Assembly (NCBI GenBank): GCA_003427395.1 | Contig: BFEA01000043.1 | Location: forward strand, 929,168 to 993,167 | DNA: 64,000 nucleotides | From: Chara braunii | Lineage: Eukaryota; Plantae; Charophyceae | Direction: 5' to 3' | In this document: one piece after another, positions 46,424 to 60,260 of the stretch | Layout of the letters: each line of letters opens with the position of its first letter | Position numbering within the stretch: position 1 is the first letter of the stretch | Program-made: the position numbers and the translations under genes | Notes under the pieces: generated by a model | Database searches by the model: none | The model's input: only the letters and a program-made list of their open reading frames with translations | Told to the model about the DNA's origin: nothing

Positions 46424-49400
46424 GAAAACGGGTCCAGCGTCCCATATACAGATTGTAATCAGAGAACATCGGAGAAACAATATAGGGTAATCCTGCCAGC
46501 ATTGATTACCCTGGATTCCAGGGGATTGACTGAGCAGGACATTGAAAAAAGACTGGAAAAATAACTGGAAAACCCCTGCCAGCATTGACTGCTCTGGATT
46601 CCAGAGACTTAACTGAGCTGGTTGTGGAAGGCTCTCTGACAGAATCCACCAAAAACTGTTGACCTTATCCTGCAGACGCCATATGCAAGAGGATACCTAA
46701 GATACATAGGTGAGTAACAGGATGATGTGACTGGAAGGCACCTGCCAGCAATGATTTCTCTGGAGTCCAGCTGATCCCCTTCTCCTTCTTCAACCCTTTG
46801 TCTGGTCAGGGGTCCGGGAGGAGCCACTGGGGGGCACCATTGGGGCCTCCTTCCATCGCCCTGCCCTTCCTCGAACAGTCCCCTTGCTACCATACTGTCC
46901 TCTGCCAGGTATACCCAGCTGCCACCCATCCCTACTGTGTCAGAATGCTAGTCACACGCAGGAAAAACAAAATAAACAGCAGATCGGGTTTTGAAAGACT
47001 GTGTCATAGACGTATTTCCAGGGACCATGGGGGGGGGGGATGGGTCCGGAAACTCCTCTGCGGGCCTCATGGGGATACTTGAATCTATCAGCAGCCACTC
47101 CTTGAATCTCAGACGGTAGTCCCTTGGGACTTCCTCTCTTTGGCTGCCCTCCCTTCCTTCCTGTCCTTCCCAATCCCCTGACCAGCACACTTCTGCTACC
47201 CATCCCTCCCGGTCTCCGCCCAACCATTCCCTAGAGAACTGTAATAACCGTTCCCTAACGTCTTTGGAGCTATGGAAATTGTCGAGCGATTGCATAGTTG
47301 ACTTCCACCTATGTGAGAGCTCCAGTTGGAAGTGCATTTTGAATTGTTCAACCCTCTCTTCCCCTTCTACCCATACCTGGTCCAAAGATAGGGCACAGCG
47401 TTGCCACCACAACACCCACAGGATTGTTCTTCGGGACAGATAAAACATGTTTGATACGAAGGTGCTGTCCTGGAAGGGTGGGTAGTGCCCATTAGGATGG
47501 CCCGGCAGTCCCATGGCCATGGATACCCCCGAACCATTTGTCGCCATACCCTATCCCGCCACCTCCAGGTGAAAATTGCTGTTGGGCATTGCAGAAAAAT
47601 GTGTTCACTTGTCTCTGCTCTCTTTCTAGTCGGGAAGCCCAACAGGCAGCGGGAGCACCAAGGGAGCGCACGGCCTTGTTGTTCCAAACGTGAGTGATCA
47701 ATTAGCCAGTCATCCGTAGGCAGGCATCGATGCAAGGTCTGCCACTGCAATGAGGTAATTTTCGCAGGTCTGCACTTGGTGTCGCAGAACCATCGTATCG
47801 GTGTGAGAAGGTGCCTCTCCACATTGAGGTGCTTCTGCCATCTGTCCATCACCGTGTCCTTTAGGCATCGCTTGGCTCTGAGCATTCTGTACGTCGCTTT
47901 CACTGAGAGCCCCGACAATGTTTTAGGTTTAGGTTGTCGTGGGTTTTGCCATGAGACTGGGTTCCAAACCCACTCCAAGGGGTCTATTGGGAGATCTTCT
48001 ATGACTATCTCAGGGAGAAAGGTCCACCGGCTGTCTCCTTCCCAAATACCTGGTTCTGTGTAGTTCCTCTTTCGAAGTCCATTGGAAGGGGTCCTGACAC
48101 CCTTCCAGTCCTTCGCTTCCTTTTGTGATGTACCACTCAATCAACACCTCATTAGGCCGAACTAGATGAACCAGGCCTACCTTATCTATCCTCCCTTTCG
48201 TGGACACCCAGTCTCCCTCCTTCAGCACCGGCCCTCTGCGAAGGATGGACCACCACCCTACCGGGAGGGCCTCCATTATTTCTTCAAATGTTGACTCGAC
48301 ATTGTGGCAGTATCTCAATTTTCATTCAACTTCTCTCGATCCTTCCAGTCCTTCCTCTCCCTGTCCCAAAGGTCTCCCACTCAAATCACCCCATTCTTCA
48401 CCCATCCTTTCCATGGGGCATCAGAACTGCAAAAGCTATGACCCCGTTCGTTAGCAATCCAGCGGTTTCCGAAGAAGGGTTGTCTTGCCACCTCCTCCCA
48501 CCTGTCTGGGGGTGGGCGATTCGGGGAGGGGAGCCTCCTCCAGATTTTTAACTGGAGGGACCAGAAATCATATCTCCGTCCCTCCGTGACACTCTCCAGT
48601 AGCGATCTTCTAACCATTGGAGGGGGTGAATGGATTGAGGGGCTGCGGGGGCCAGACGGGCATTGTAAACTAAGGGCTTGGGATGGAGTGGGGGGGTCTA
48701 GAATACCAAGGCCTCCTTTTGCCTTGGGTTGGATAACTGATTCCCAAGCCACCCGACTAATTACATGGGGAATTCACTATCCCCTCTCCATAGGTACGCC
48801 GCCACCTTCCTTTTCAAGATTTTTAGGGCCCCTGGGCTCAGTGGCCAAAGCACCGATTTGTACCAAAGGGTGGCTAAGACCACATTGTTGATCATCAGAG
48901 CTCGACCGAAAAGTGACGTGTGTTGATGATTCCATTGAGAGAGTTTAGCGAACGCCGGGGCTGGCAACCATCCATCATTCTCGAGAGATTGACGTAGCAT
49001 TGTCATCTTGACCCCCAAAATCCAGATTGGGGATTCAGGAGCCACTCAGGTGATGTGGTGTCCTTCCGGAGGACGACCCCCTTGATGGTGGAGCCACCAC
49101 CCTATCGGTTTTTTTACCCCAGTTAACGGCCATATCCGAGAGGTTGCGGAAAAGTTCCATTAGCTTGTATATCACCTCCATGTTTTGCTGCGTGGCATCG
49201 GCCATGATTGTGAGATCATCTACGAATAGCGAACAAACCGGAACAGCTTCCTTAGGGATGCCGACTATCTGAATTCTCTTTAAATCTTTACTCTGTCGGA
49301 GGTTAGCTGCTAACGCTTCAATTATAATAATGAATAAAAAGGGGGTTATGGGGTCCCCCTGTCTAACAGAACGTTGCAGTTTTATCTCTGGGGCCATAGA

Positions 49401-49525
49401 CCCGTTTACCTGAATGCTCGTGGTTGCGTTGTGGTGCAGAATGCGCACCCACCTCCAAAAGTTGTTACCAAAATTCAGTTTTTCCAGGCACTTATCTAGG
49501 AATGTCCAGTCTACATGGTCAGAGA
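46375..49525 (-). mobile_element. 5'-truncated LINE with RT, zf-RVT and 3' UTR
   Basis: DHVDW, SVRQGDPITP, LFVDD, GGLGILDP, LQWQTLHRCLPT, ETSEHIFLQCP. Duplicated internal-loop motif (46492-46538, 46575-46620). Poly(T). Confidence 0.9.
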
Positions 49526-49896
49526 TCGGTCTGCAGAATAACAAGGCACAAAGTTGAGGAGGTAGTAGACATATACACAGTATCATTTAGTTGTGCATGT
49601 TTGTTTGTGTGTTGCAATGATGTTGACTATACACAACTCCACACAAAAAGGTAGGATTCTGCCACACAATTTCATTGGACTTTCACTGACTCATCGGGAG
49701 GGTGTGTCTTGTGCATTCGCTAAGCACAACTCCACCAAAGAAGGGTGCCTGTTTCTGCCTGTTTTATCAGCCCTTTCACTGCCTTATAAGTTGTAAGTAG
49801 GTCGAATATCAAAAGTCTTCCCAAGACGCATTTGACGGACAAATGAGGACTCACCAGGTCACATAACGTTAGTTAGCGGTACACTTGAACAAACTG

Positions 49897-49904
<8 letters not shown>

Positions 49905-49975
<71 letters not shown>
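49905..49975. repeat. (TG)n microsatellite
   Basis: Direct. Others at 3270-3340, 50655-50695 and 58962-59028. Confidence 0.95.
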
Positions 49976-49980
<5 letters not shown>

Positions 49981-50649
49981 GTTGTTTAAAAGACCCCAGA
50001 TTCTCTCTCTCATTCCCTTCACAAATCATCACAAGCCATCCATAACGAAAAAGTATAGATAGGCAATATAATAGGAAATGCAAGGTTGGCCACGTTTGTG
50101 TGGTTCAGCGCCAAGTGCACACACACCTGTCTGCCGCCAAAGCGGCACACTTGCACATATACATAATATATATTTCAAACCATAAGGGAATGGAGGGCAG
50201 AAGGCAACTTACAGAAGACTACTCCAGCAAGAAGGCACCGACCCAACCCCCTCAAAGGTCCGAAAAAACTTGGAAAGCCTTCCGCATCAGCCCACAAAAC
50301 CAAAAACTCGTTTCCAAAAACAAACAAATATAATAGAATTGGCATTCCTGACATTCATCTCAAACTACACACTCACGTCACTGCCAAAGTCTTAGAGCAG
50401 GAAGAAGATAAACTTACCTAAGACAGAATACTCCTCCCGCAATAACGCACCGACCCCCCCGCTAAGGGTCCGAAAAAACTGGGAAAGCCTTCCACGCCGG
50501 TCCACAAAACATACATTCCCCCCAAAGTGAACTCGTGGCCACCCGTAAACACCCAAACAGCCCATGCTCTAAAGCAGGGCAAAGAATTGGCCGTGTATAA
50601 TCAACAAAACCAACAAGACATATCCAACCACAAAAAGAAAGAATAGCTC

Positions 50650-50699
<50 letters not shown>

Positions 50700-50701
<2 letters not shown>

Positions 50702-50872
50702 CAGCCACCCCCCCCATCGGCGGCCCCACCCTACTCCCTGACCACGACCGATTAGGCCGGGAGGGTGAGAGGTAGCTATGCTACAGGCGTCCCCCTGTAT
50801 AGGCTTCGGAGTAGTGGTAGATAGGTAGTGAAAGGTGAAATTGCGAGAAGAATTAAAAAAAAAAAAAAAAAA
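50700..50872 (+). mobile_element. SINE S2 3' fragment
   Basis: gctatg...cccctgtataggcttcggagtagtggtag matches 36140-36185. Poly(A). Confidence 0.7.
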
Positions 50873-51469
50873 GGATAAGGGGCATCCAGCTCATGTGCTG
50901 GAAAAGCCTAGAATGGTACACAATACTACACATATGTAGACTGTTGATGAACAGATCATGAGTTTGAATCCTGCCCGCTTGATTAAGATAGAATCATAGA
51001 ATGCAATGGTGTTAGAGGGCATTCAAGCCCCCAACCGCCCCTTCCCCCCCCCCTCCTCCAAAAACAACCAAGGGAGAGAAAGGAGAGCATAAAAAAAGGA
51101 GAGCATAAGAAATAGCCAAGGTAAATCAGTAATTTATTCTACCTGCTGAAGTGCACCAATGCACCCTTATCCGCTGGATCGTTGTAATTGTCGAAGTGGC
51201 CTGGTTCACTCATTCTTGCGGCCTGCATGTACCTGTCAGAAGTGAGAGAATTCAACACCAAGCTTGGGGTGGTCAGATTGTGACATCAACAGCAAAGACT
51301 GAGACTGCAAAATGGACCCAAGTTTTTTTTTTTTTTTTGACTTTTTGACTTTTTGCAGCAAAGGCAAAGCAGCCCAACCCAATTCAATCTTCGTGTTTAA
51401 AAGAAAGAAAAAAACATAATCTTCTGTAGAATGACTCGAATCTGACAGGTTTTTTTTTTTTTTTTTAAG

Positions 51470-52792
51470 AGAAAGCCGATCATTCCGTTATTTGCCAGAA
51501 AACAGATCCGGCGTCCCTTACAAGGCTGGTGGATTCATCATCAAGGGGCAAGGCCCCCAAAACAACCAAATATTAATTGGTTACCTAGGCTACCAGGCGG
51601 GCCACCCGGGTCACCCTACTTTCCCGGGCGGCCCGGCCGTGCAAGGACTAGGGAAGGTCCTAGCCAAAAAAAAAAAAAAAAAAAAAAAAAAATCCGGAAA
51701 AAAAACTATGTTATGCAGAAAAATAAACTGAACAACTTTTGCCTCGGGGTCAAATCGAAATTCTTTACCAAATTTGAAATAAAAATTTAAAATACAAATA
51801 ATCTTTATTTATTTATTTATTTATTTATTTTTGGCCCGGCCGGGCAAGTGGACCCGGGCCACTCTGGTAGCCTAGTTGGCTACCATCCTCAACCCCAATC
51901 AGAGTTCTAGGAATTTCTCTAACTGCATTATTGTAGAAACACAGCAGAAGCGCAAGTTACAATCATCGAAGCCATCCCTCTTGATTGGATTAAGATCCTC
52001 ATAAAGGGTCCCCACCTTAAAGAAAGTGATTGGGTTGGGATTCATGGGGAGCAAACGCAGATTTATTTATTTATTTATTTATTTATTTATATTTTTATTT
52101 TTAAAGCAAGGCCCTTATACAAGGCCTCTATCCTGGTGGTGGTAAGAGAACCACCGGGATTGAGGCTTTGCCTGGCGGGCCGCTCCGTCTATTGGTGGGG
52201 AGCCTCACCTGCTTGGAACCGGGCCCAGCGTCATAGGTAATGTAGCCATGGTAAATGAAGAAGGTCATACACTTATTTGAAATTATTTCCTTATGGTCCC
52301 TAGATCAGAACTCCTGGGCAGTGGAAAGTCAAACGCGAGAGGCCAAATGGATCAAATCGGACCAGCTGTATAGAACCATAGTGCTCAAATGTAAAGACCA
52401 ATGGCTGGCCTACAAACCTCAATGCTCAACAAATAAACTGCCACTTGATCCGATCTCTTGAACATGGACGGTGCAAATTGGGAGAAGAGGAAAATATATC
52501 CGATCTATCCACACACTAACAGTAAAATCAGCATACCGTTTGCTAAGACCAAGTTGGAACCTAAAAGATAGAGTGGAAGCCAGATGGATGAAACAACTGA
52601 ATGTAGGGAAAGAGAAAACCAGACGCATCAAATGGTTCAAAACCATAAAGATCAAAGTTAACCATCAAAAGTCGCCTCATTACAACGGCAGATTGATCAT
52701 CGATGCCTCCCCACAAATGATTGGATCATAGACAGGAGTCACAGGACCAATCTGGAGCAAAGAGGTATTGCCCTGCTCTGGTGTAAGCTATG

Positions 52793-52826
<34 letters not shown>

Positions 52827-53680
52827 ACACCCCCACCAGTGTTAGTGCTGCAGGTAAGAGCAGACACCACTAACACCTGGGGAGAGGCTCCATCTATTAG
52901 TGGGGAGCGTCACCTGCTGGAAAACGGGTCCGGCGTCCCTTGAATGAAAAATATCTTGAGAAGGTGAGAACAGTGACTTGTGAGATCTGCCAGCATTGAT
53001 TACCCTGCAAAACAGGGGATTGACTGAGCATATGCTCATCCGCTTTCCCTTCGAAGACCAATTCGGAAACGATAGAACACATTTTTCTTCAATGTCCGGG
53101 AGCAATCTGGATATGGAGATGGTGGGACAAAATATCGCCCTCCCTCAACCCATCACATAACTGGCCTTGGGATTGGAGAGCCCTTCTATGTGAGGCCTGG
53201 TCCCCAGACAAATTAAATGACTTCACTCAAACTTATTCAAAACTGGAAGAATAGCAATTATATGGGCCCTCTGGCGTCGCCGATGCACCTTTGGAGGGGG
53301 CAGGCTAGATGGTCCGGAATTTACAGAATCAATCCCACAACAAATACAAACAGTGATCACAACTCAATGGAATAAAGTAGAACAGAGAATCCAATTCCTG
53401 TCATCCAAAAAAAAAATCATCAGCACATCCAACAATTCAGCGGCGCTTGGCTAGGGGATTCTCAAGGGGGTAAGATTGGAAAGATCAAATGGAATGGGGG
53501 CAAGGGAGACAACAAGGGTGAACAGCACGAGGAACTACGGTGTGACTATCGACTGGTCTTTCATGAATGGACAAAAGTGGATCCGACTGTCCCCCTCCGC
53601 CCACAATCAGAATTCCCTGACCCTTTTCGGATCTCTCTTGCCCTCTTGTTTGGTCCCATCTTCCTGGTATGGTAACGAAT
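51470..53680 (+). pseudogene. Heavily interrupted LINE ORF2 3' part
   Basis: GWWIHHQG, PIRVLGI, IHTLTVKSAYRLLRP and ETIEHIFLQCP segments similar to 18500-20700. Interrupted by a MITE and two minus-strand tails (52062-52232, 52795-53030). Confidence 0.85.
51585..51875. mobile_element. hAT-like MITE (291 bp)
   Basis: Perfect 12-bp TIR ctaggctaccag/ctggtagcctag. 8-bp TSD ttggttac (51577-51584) / ttggctac (51876-51883). Confidence 0.85.
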
Positions 53681-53689
53681 AGACAGATT

Positions 53690-54234
53690 TTCTCCTCACG
53701 TCTCGCATTCTCCTTGTCGACATACTCCGTCATCGCTGTGATAGTCGTGGTGAGGTCTTCAAGCTGGCGTCTAACTGCTGCGTCTTCAGGTGTGGATCTC
53801 CTGTCCGGATGGTGGGAGACGTGTCCTGGTGACATCGACCGGCCTCGTTGAGGATATTGGCGTGAGCTACCATCTCCAACGAGGCGGGGACATTGATTCT
53901 TACAATGTCCCGGCTCGCCACACTCGTAGCAAGCGGGGAACGAAGAGCCTCGGTGGTTCGCTCGGAGGGTAGCGTCTTTCCCTCTTTGGATATCTCTCTC
54001 TTTGTCCATCGCGCCCTCCTTCCTACGAGATTTCTCGGCCTCCATCATAGTACCTATCACGATCTCCTTCACGTTCTTGCTTGCGAAAGCCTCCTCCAGA
54101 AATCTCCGATAGGCATCTATCTTTAGAAGGGCTAATAGCCTAATACCCCTTGCACAAGTTGCACGGTCTTGATTACTTCTGAGGTCAACTCCTCCTCTTG
54201 TCACGTACTTGGTAACCTCTGCATGCTCACACAC
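53690..54234 (-). pseudogene. Gag-like fragment with CCHC zinc knuckle
   Basis: CYECGEPGHCKNQC (CX2CX4HX4C) followed by an RS-rich and coiled segment. The last part of the ORF-track frame runs into antisense LINE sequence. Confidence 0.65.
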
Positions 54235-54656
54235 ACTCGGCGAACCTTTCCAAGTGGGTTCACATCGGCGTTCAGCAGGTGGACTGATTGTCGTGTAAAA
54301 TAATCAGATACAGATGCCCCGAATCGACAAGAGTCGATGCAATCGAATGTCGTTGAAAGAATGCACAGTACAAAGAGTACAGAGATTGCACAAGCCGGTG
54401 GGTTATGGCTACCCCGACCCGTTTGACCGCCACCACGCGGTCATCATCAGGGGGATTCCACCCTTCTTCTCCCTGCATCAAACAGCCCGTCGTTCCACAT
54501 TCCCACCTCCACTATCAACCCAAGTCGCATCCCTGGAAATGTCGCTTGGTCTATAGTATCGGACCCAAAGAGGCCATAGGCTTATTAATCATTTGTCTTA
54601 TAGTCCTAGTCTACTTCGCCAGGTACCAGTTCACAACTACAAAACTTTATGAGAAT

Positions 54657-54696
54657 ACCTCTGGACCTCTGGACCTCTGGACCTCTGGACCTCTGG
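54657..54696. repeat. 8-bp tandem repeat (acctctgg)x5
   Basis: Direct. The adjacent ~45 bp is duplicated at 55079-55125. Confidence 0.9.
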
Positions 54697-55214
54697 TCCT
54701 ATTTATGGGACCACGGGGTCCCGTCAGATCTCTGACAGGCTCTACCAATCGTCGGTACAGATCTACAAACTAATGGAATAAAATAAAAAATCCAGGTCTG
54801 AAAACAACATGTGGTGTTCAGGGAAAAAAACTTAGGCACAAGATTGTGGGCCGAACTTCTGCGGGCCCTACTTAGGCCCACACGTAGACTGTGCACGTTC
54901 CCGGTTCAAATCCCGGTTATGCTATCCAAGTAACAACATCGTATTACTTAAGCACCTCGAGGTGTCCATGCACGTCTACGGTTCAAATCCCGGTTATGCT
55001 ATCCAAGCAACATGATACCCTGCCAGCTCATCATCCGAGGTCAGACTACCTTTGCTATCCAAGCAACATGATAGCCTGACCTCTGGTCTATTTATGGGAC
55101 CACGGGGTCTCGTCAGATCTCTGACGATATTTATGTGCACCTCAGCAAATGACAGCAAACAGACAAAACTCCAGAGTAGAACACAACAGTGACCACAGCC
55201 TCAACATTGACCTG

Positions 55215-55377
55215 TATTGATGTATCAAAGGGACGCTGGACCCAGTTTCCAGCAGGTGTTGCTCCCCACCAATAGATGGAGCAGACCAGCGGCCAAGACC
55301 TCAATTCCGGTGGTTCTCTTACACTGCCGGGATAGTGGCCTTACAAAAAGGGCTTTTGCAAAAAAAAAAAAAAAAAA
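55215..55377 (+). mobile_element. Retroposon 3' tail
   Basis: Pseudoknot module (55229-55282), ggttctctta terminal stem, poly(A). Confidence 0.8.
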
Positions 55378-55739
55378 CAATATCTGAGGACAGAACCCTG
55401 TCCCAACTTGGGTCAGCCTGGGCTCTGGGGGGCTATTAGAACCCACACTCACAAAACCTGGACTGACCTCAGAGAATCACTGCAGAAGGAGAACGAACAA
55501 ATTATAGTATAGTTATGGAAGGCAGGACATCACTCATTTCTCTGGCAGAGACCAGAGGATTGACTGCCTGCTTTTGAGCAAAAGAAAAAAAAAAAGAAAG
55601 AACAAAAAAAAAAAACAGAACAGCAAGCCAGAATAAATGCGGTCTGTACCACTAGAAAAGCTTGGGTCTTAGCCACTCTGTTTCATGGCTCAAGACGTCC
55701 CGCGTTTTTGGCGTTGAGTGTCAAGCGACATTTTTTTAA

Positions 55740-56000
55740 CATTTCTTTTTTCTTTTTTCAGCACATGCTGGGAATCGGGCCCAGCGTCCCATATGAAGAC
55801 ATGTAAAAAGAAGTTATGGACAAATTGAGATACCGCGGCCATTACCCAGCTTCGGCTTGAGAGTATCCTCTATGATCTTGAACAAGCTACTGAACTTTGA
55901 GACTGATGATGGGAAAACTACGAATGCTTTTTTTTTACGATCGCTAAACAGCTCCTGAAATCCACAGCAATTTTTTGAGCACTCAAGTATCTAAGGGTTT
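55740..56000 (-). mobile_element. 3' fragment of long non-coding retroposon
   Basis: Homologous to 28290-28525 (hairpin E, aaaactacgaat...caagtatctaaggg). Confidence 0.8.
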
Positions 56001-56747
56001 TTTCTTTACCTATGGCTGGTGTTTATTGAATTTCATTCGAGCCAACTTGCGCTTTGGGATTGAACTGTTCTTCTATGTCATTTTCTCCCACCTCCTACTT
56101 CGTATTTACCGTGTGAATGGTGTTGTCGCAATGATGTGATTTCATAACTGAACAGGCGACAGCGACATGGCTCCGGAGTTTACTCCGGATGGGTTGAGTG
56201 GCAAGAGCGATGGTGCAGTCTCCGGATGACGATTCGCAAGAGGAGAAGTAGGATTCTCAAGCCCGCTTGTTGCGGTTCTCTTGGGTCAACTATGTTTCAA
56301 CACGCTGATGTTCCTGTACTTGGACTCATTTGTCTGTGTGTACGTGTTTTTTCACATCTAATCACTTCTCTCCCATAACTGGACCCCCAGAAGCAGATCT
56401 GTGAGATTGACCATGCTGGTGACATACAAATGATCCTGACAGAAGTGGATTCTTCCAGCTCAAAAGAATCTATCCCTTCCCCTGGCCATTGCCATCCCCC
56501 TCTCCCCGTCTGCTGCCCCCAATCCGACATGCCTCCCCACCTCCTATACCCTGACCCCTGTCAGAGCCCTAGCCTCTCTAATGGTCTTCACCTCCCTTTC
56601 TCTTTGGCAAACAAGGCAGAAAAACAAGTAGCATGTTCTTGGGAGTGAGACGAGGCAAGGGTAAGATGAGCCTCTTGTGTTTGGAATCCTGAAAATAGCC
56701 AGTCAGCAGACCAGGGCATTTGCAAATCAAGGGGCATCCTGACCGGG

Positions 56748-56750
<3 letters not shown>

Positions 56751-56808
<58 letters not shown>

Positions 56809-56923
56809 NNNNNNNNNNNNNNNNNNNNNNNNNNNNNNNNNNNNNNNNNNNNNNNNNNNNNNNNNNNNNNNNNNNNNNNNNNNNNNNNNNNNNNNNNNNN
56901 NNNNNNNNNNNNNCACACACACA
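56751..56923. repeat. (CT)n/(CA)n microsatellite spanning an N-gap
   Basis: Direct. Similar (CT)n plus gap at 59078-59353. Confidence 0.9.
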
Positions 56924-58959
56924 CAATCAGTGTTTTGCATGCATTCCTTTCTGGTTTCTTTACGTATTTCTTCTCTTTTGGTGTACACCGTTCATGCATT
57001 TTTTTCTAAATACTTTCTGGTTGTCTTATTGAGCACCCTCAGATAGTGCCAAACAGTCGGTCAGTCCCTCTTTGGAGTGCCTACAGCACTATTACGGGGG
57101 CTTCTCTCTTCGTGATGTCTGTGTGTTCCATGGATGATGACGGACATTCGTCGGAGTGACGCCCTGGCTCAGTGGGTGGTGGGAACCAACAGTCTGCGGG
57201 GTTCAATCGTGATGTGAGTAGGTGATGTGCCGCTTTGCTCTGTGTTCGATGTGTAGACTCCGCTATGTCTGCGCTCCACCGCTGCTGTTACATGCCCAGT
57301 CGGGCGATGTACATAAATAACCGAGGATCCGCAATGTGATAAAAAGGACTGAATGGACAATGCAGTGCAAGTGAAATCTCAACAAGCAGTGTACATTCTG
57401 ATACATACAAAAATGGTGCTTTATAGCGCAGGGGAAGACTTAGATACAAGTCCTGACCTGACCGGGACTGACCTCTATCACGTAGTGCAAGACAGCGCAG
57501 CAGAATGCTAGAATACCAATGACTAGCTCAATCAATGTTGCAACGCAGACCAAACATACATCATCCTCATCACAAGGTGTGAAGGGGCCTGCCGCTACAC
57601 ACAGGAAGAATGCGCCAGGTCCAAATCATGCACAGACGAAGAGGAGGGGAACAGATGAAGAAGAGGCGGAGAGATGGGAATGTCGTCAACACCCAAGTCT
57701 TTGTTACAAGTCCCAAATAATCCCTCGTCAAAATGTCTGAAGCCCAATGTCGAGTCTGGATCCAAATGTCACCAAGCCCGCTCTCTCATAGTCTGCTGAT
57801 GCATTGAAGTCAGGTAGCGAGAGGGTGAGAGGGAGATGGTGGACTGAGAAGAGGAAGAAGAAGAACTCGCTCTCTCTCATATGCCAGGTACTAACCTGTG
57901 AAGATGGCGCTGTGCTGCAGGTACCTCGAAGGCGAAGCTGGAGCTATGGCGCTGCAGGTAAGTATCCCTGGCCTCCACCCAATCTCTCTCTCTCTAGTAC
58001 TACTCTAGCTCCTAAGAGCGCCCAGCGCTGAAGACTACTGCTAATGCTACTAGCGCCCAGCGCTGAAGACTACTGCTAGCGCTACTACTACTCCTGTAGC
58101 GCTCCTCCAGAGTGTGCCTTCCGTGTTCCTTGCTTGTGTGCCGTGTAGTATGGATGTTGTGTTGGTGCTGCCTTGTGCTTTGCCACGTGTTGCCCTGCTG
58201 CATGTCCACTTGCTGTGCCGTTCCTTGCAGTCGTTTCTGGCATTGCGCATCCATGTTGCCTCTACTGCGTTGCCTGGTGCACCGCAGGGTTGCTGCCAAC
58301 TGCTATGTTCCACTTGGGGGACAGTCTGCCTTCAACAAGGGTCAAAGGGTTCATGACCCAAACCATCAATACATGGATTCTGCAGATTGTCGAGGGTTCA
58401 GCCTCCTGATGAGCCGGTGCAAGTCTGCCGAAACACTCTGTCATCATCAGTGTTTGTTTACTTTTTCCGCTCTCCGTTTTTCCAACTAGGTATCGGTACT
58501 TTGTGCCTTTTTCACTTGTTGCTTTTGTTGGTTGCCTGCCCATCCTCCTCCCCCATTTCCTCCACGCTATGTGACTTGCAACCTCTTGTTGTCCAGTGCG
58601 TTGTTACCTCACCGTCCTTCGCCTCACTGTGTTTTGCCTTAATGGCCTTTGCATCGCGACATTCCATGGCCATCTTAGCCAGGCGTATGAGGACACCTCA
58701 CCTTCTAATGAGCCTTGACAGGAGCAAGCGCCAAGAAGTGTGTGAAGGGATGTGTCATCCCTCCTCTGTTGGTCACTACACCAACCTTGATCGTTATGCC
58801 ATCGTTGGTCGCCGCTCTTCCGCTCTCCTCCTCCATCTTCTCTTCTATTGACCTTTGCGCTTGTCCGCGGGTATTGATGGTATGTGGAGTGGGACAGACC
58901 GACGAACTGGAACACGGTCCAGCACTCACAAGGTTCCCGTATATCAGGTTGCTTATTAC

Positions 58960-59032
<73 letters not shown>

Positions 59033-59264
59033 TTGGTGTTTTTGTTTGGTTCATTTCGGTTCTGCAGGAATCGGCTCCTCTCTCTCTCTCTCTCTCTCTN
59101 NNNNNNNNNNNNNNNNNNNNNNNNNNNNNNNNNNNNNNNNNNNNNNNNNNNNNNNNNNNNNNNNNNNNNNNNNNNNNNNNNNNNNNNNNNNNNNNNNNNN
59201 NNNNNNNNNNNNNNNNNNNNNNNNNNNNNNNNNNNNNNNNNNNNNNNNNNNNNNNNNNNNNNNN

Positions 59265-59355
<91 letters not shown>

Positions 59356-59897
59356 GCCAGCGCCCAGCCCCCAGCTATAATGGGTGCTACCTGGTGAAGT
59401 CCTGTCCTCACTAGATGGTGCTGCTTTCAAGCGCTCTGTGCGCCACTTCATGGCAGGGCAACAGCCAGAATGTGTGTGCTCCACCTCCGAGCCTCCAGCA
59501 TATCCTGGAGGCTGGAGGGTCGGGAAATTGTGAACCGGTCGAAAGAGGCCAGGGTCTGGAAGGCTCCAGACTGGCCTAGGCCCTACCGATTAGTGGGAGG
59601 GTGCGAGCCTTCCCCAACTTGGCCTGGTGTTGCCCAGCCTTTGTTTCATTGCTGGGCCTTCGTCAGCCCACCACTGGCTCGTTTAGTGCCTACCAGCACT
59701 AAAACACTAAGCAAGACACGCGGCTTGCCACTTTCTAAGAACAGCATGTCGGAAATGACAGCACCTCTCCCTTTGTTTCTCAAATGTTAATGGACCTACA
59801 GTCTTCCCCCAAATAGAATGTATGGTCGTTATCGCTGTATCTCGACAGAAAGTTGCCCCAAAATCTCCCAAATACAGCTCTAATGACAGTGCCTTCT

Positions 59898-60260
59898 GTT
59901 TTTTTCTTTTGTTTTCAAGGCCAGGTTGTCGTAGAGGCTGGATACTAGGCATAATACAGTCCCTTCAGTAGTTGGTCATTTGATTGTCCAGGTGATCTAT
60001 GTAGGGCCCCTATGAGACTCCCTCTCATCCTTCACTCTCATTGTTGTCCCCGCCACACCCCTTCTCCCAAGATCCTACCTCGGTGTTTTACCACCCAGGA
60101 TTATCACCCTCCTATTATCCGACGGGGGTGACCTAACCAGACAGTGGTTGCAGGCATCAGGGCGAAGCAGGTCCTCACCTCCCTGCTCAGCCCTGATTGA
60201 AGCGTAGTCGGACGAGCCCTGTCGTAAGGTACTTCGAGTGCTAGGCATAGGCATTCCACT
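59898..60260 (-). mobile_element. Diverged family D 3' part
   Basis: ggccaggttgtcgtagaggc end, atcctacctcggtgt and gccctgattgaagc blocks shared with 2700-3000. Confidence 0.6.

Noticed and set aside
56000-59900. Host protein-coding exons (some GT-AG-like signals near 57920-57965)
   Set aside because: No recognisable domain. The long ORFs here arise from microsatellites and N-gaps.
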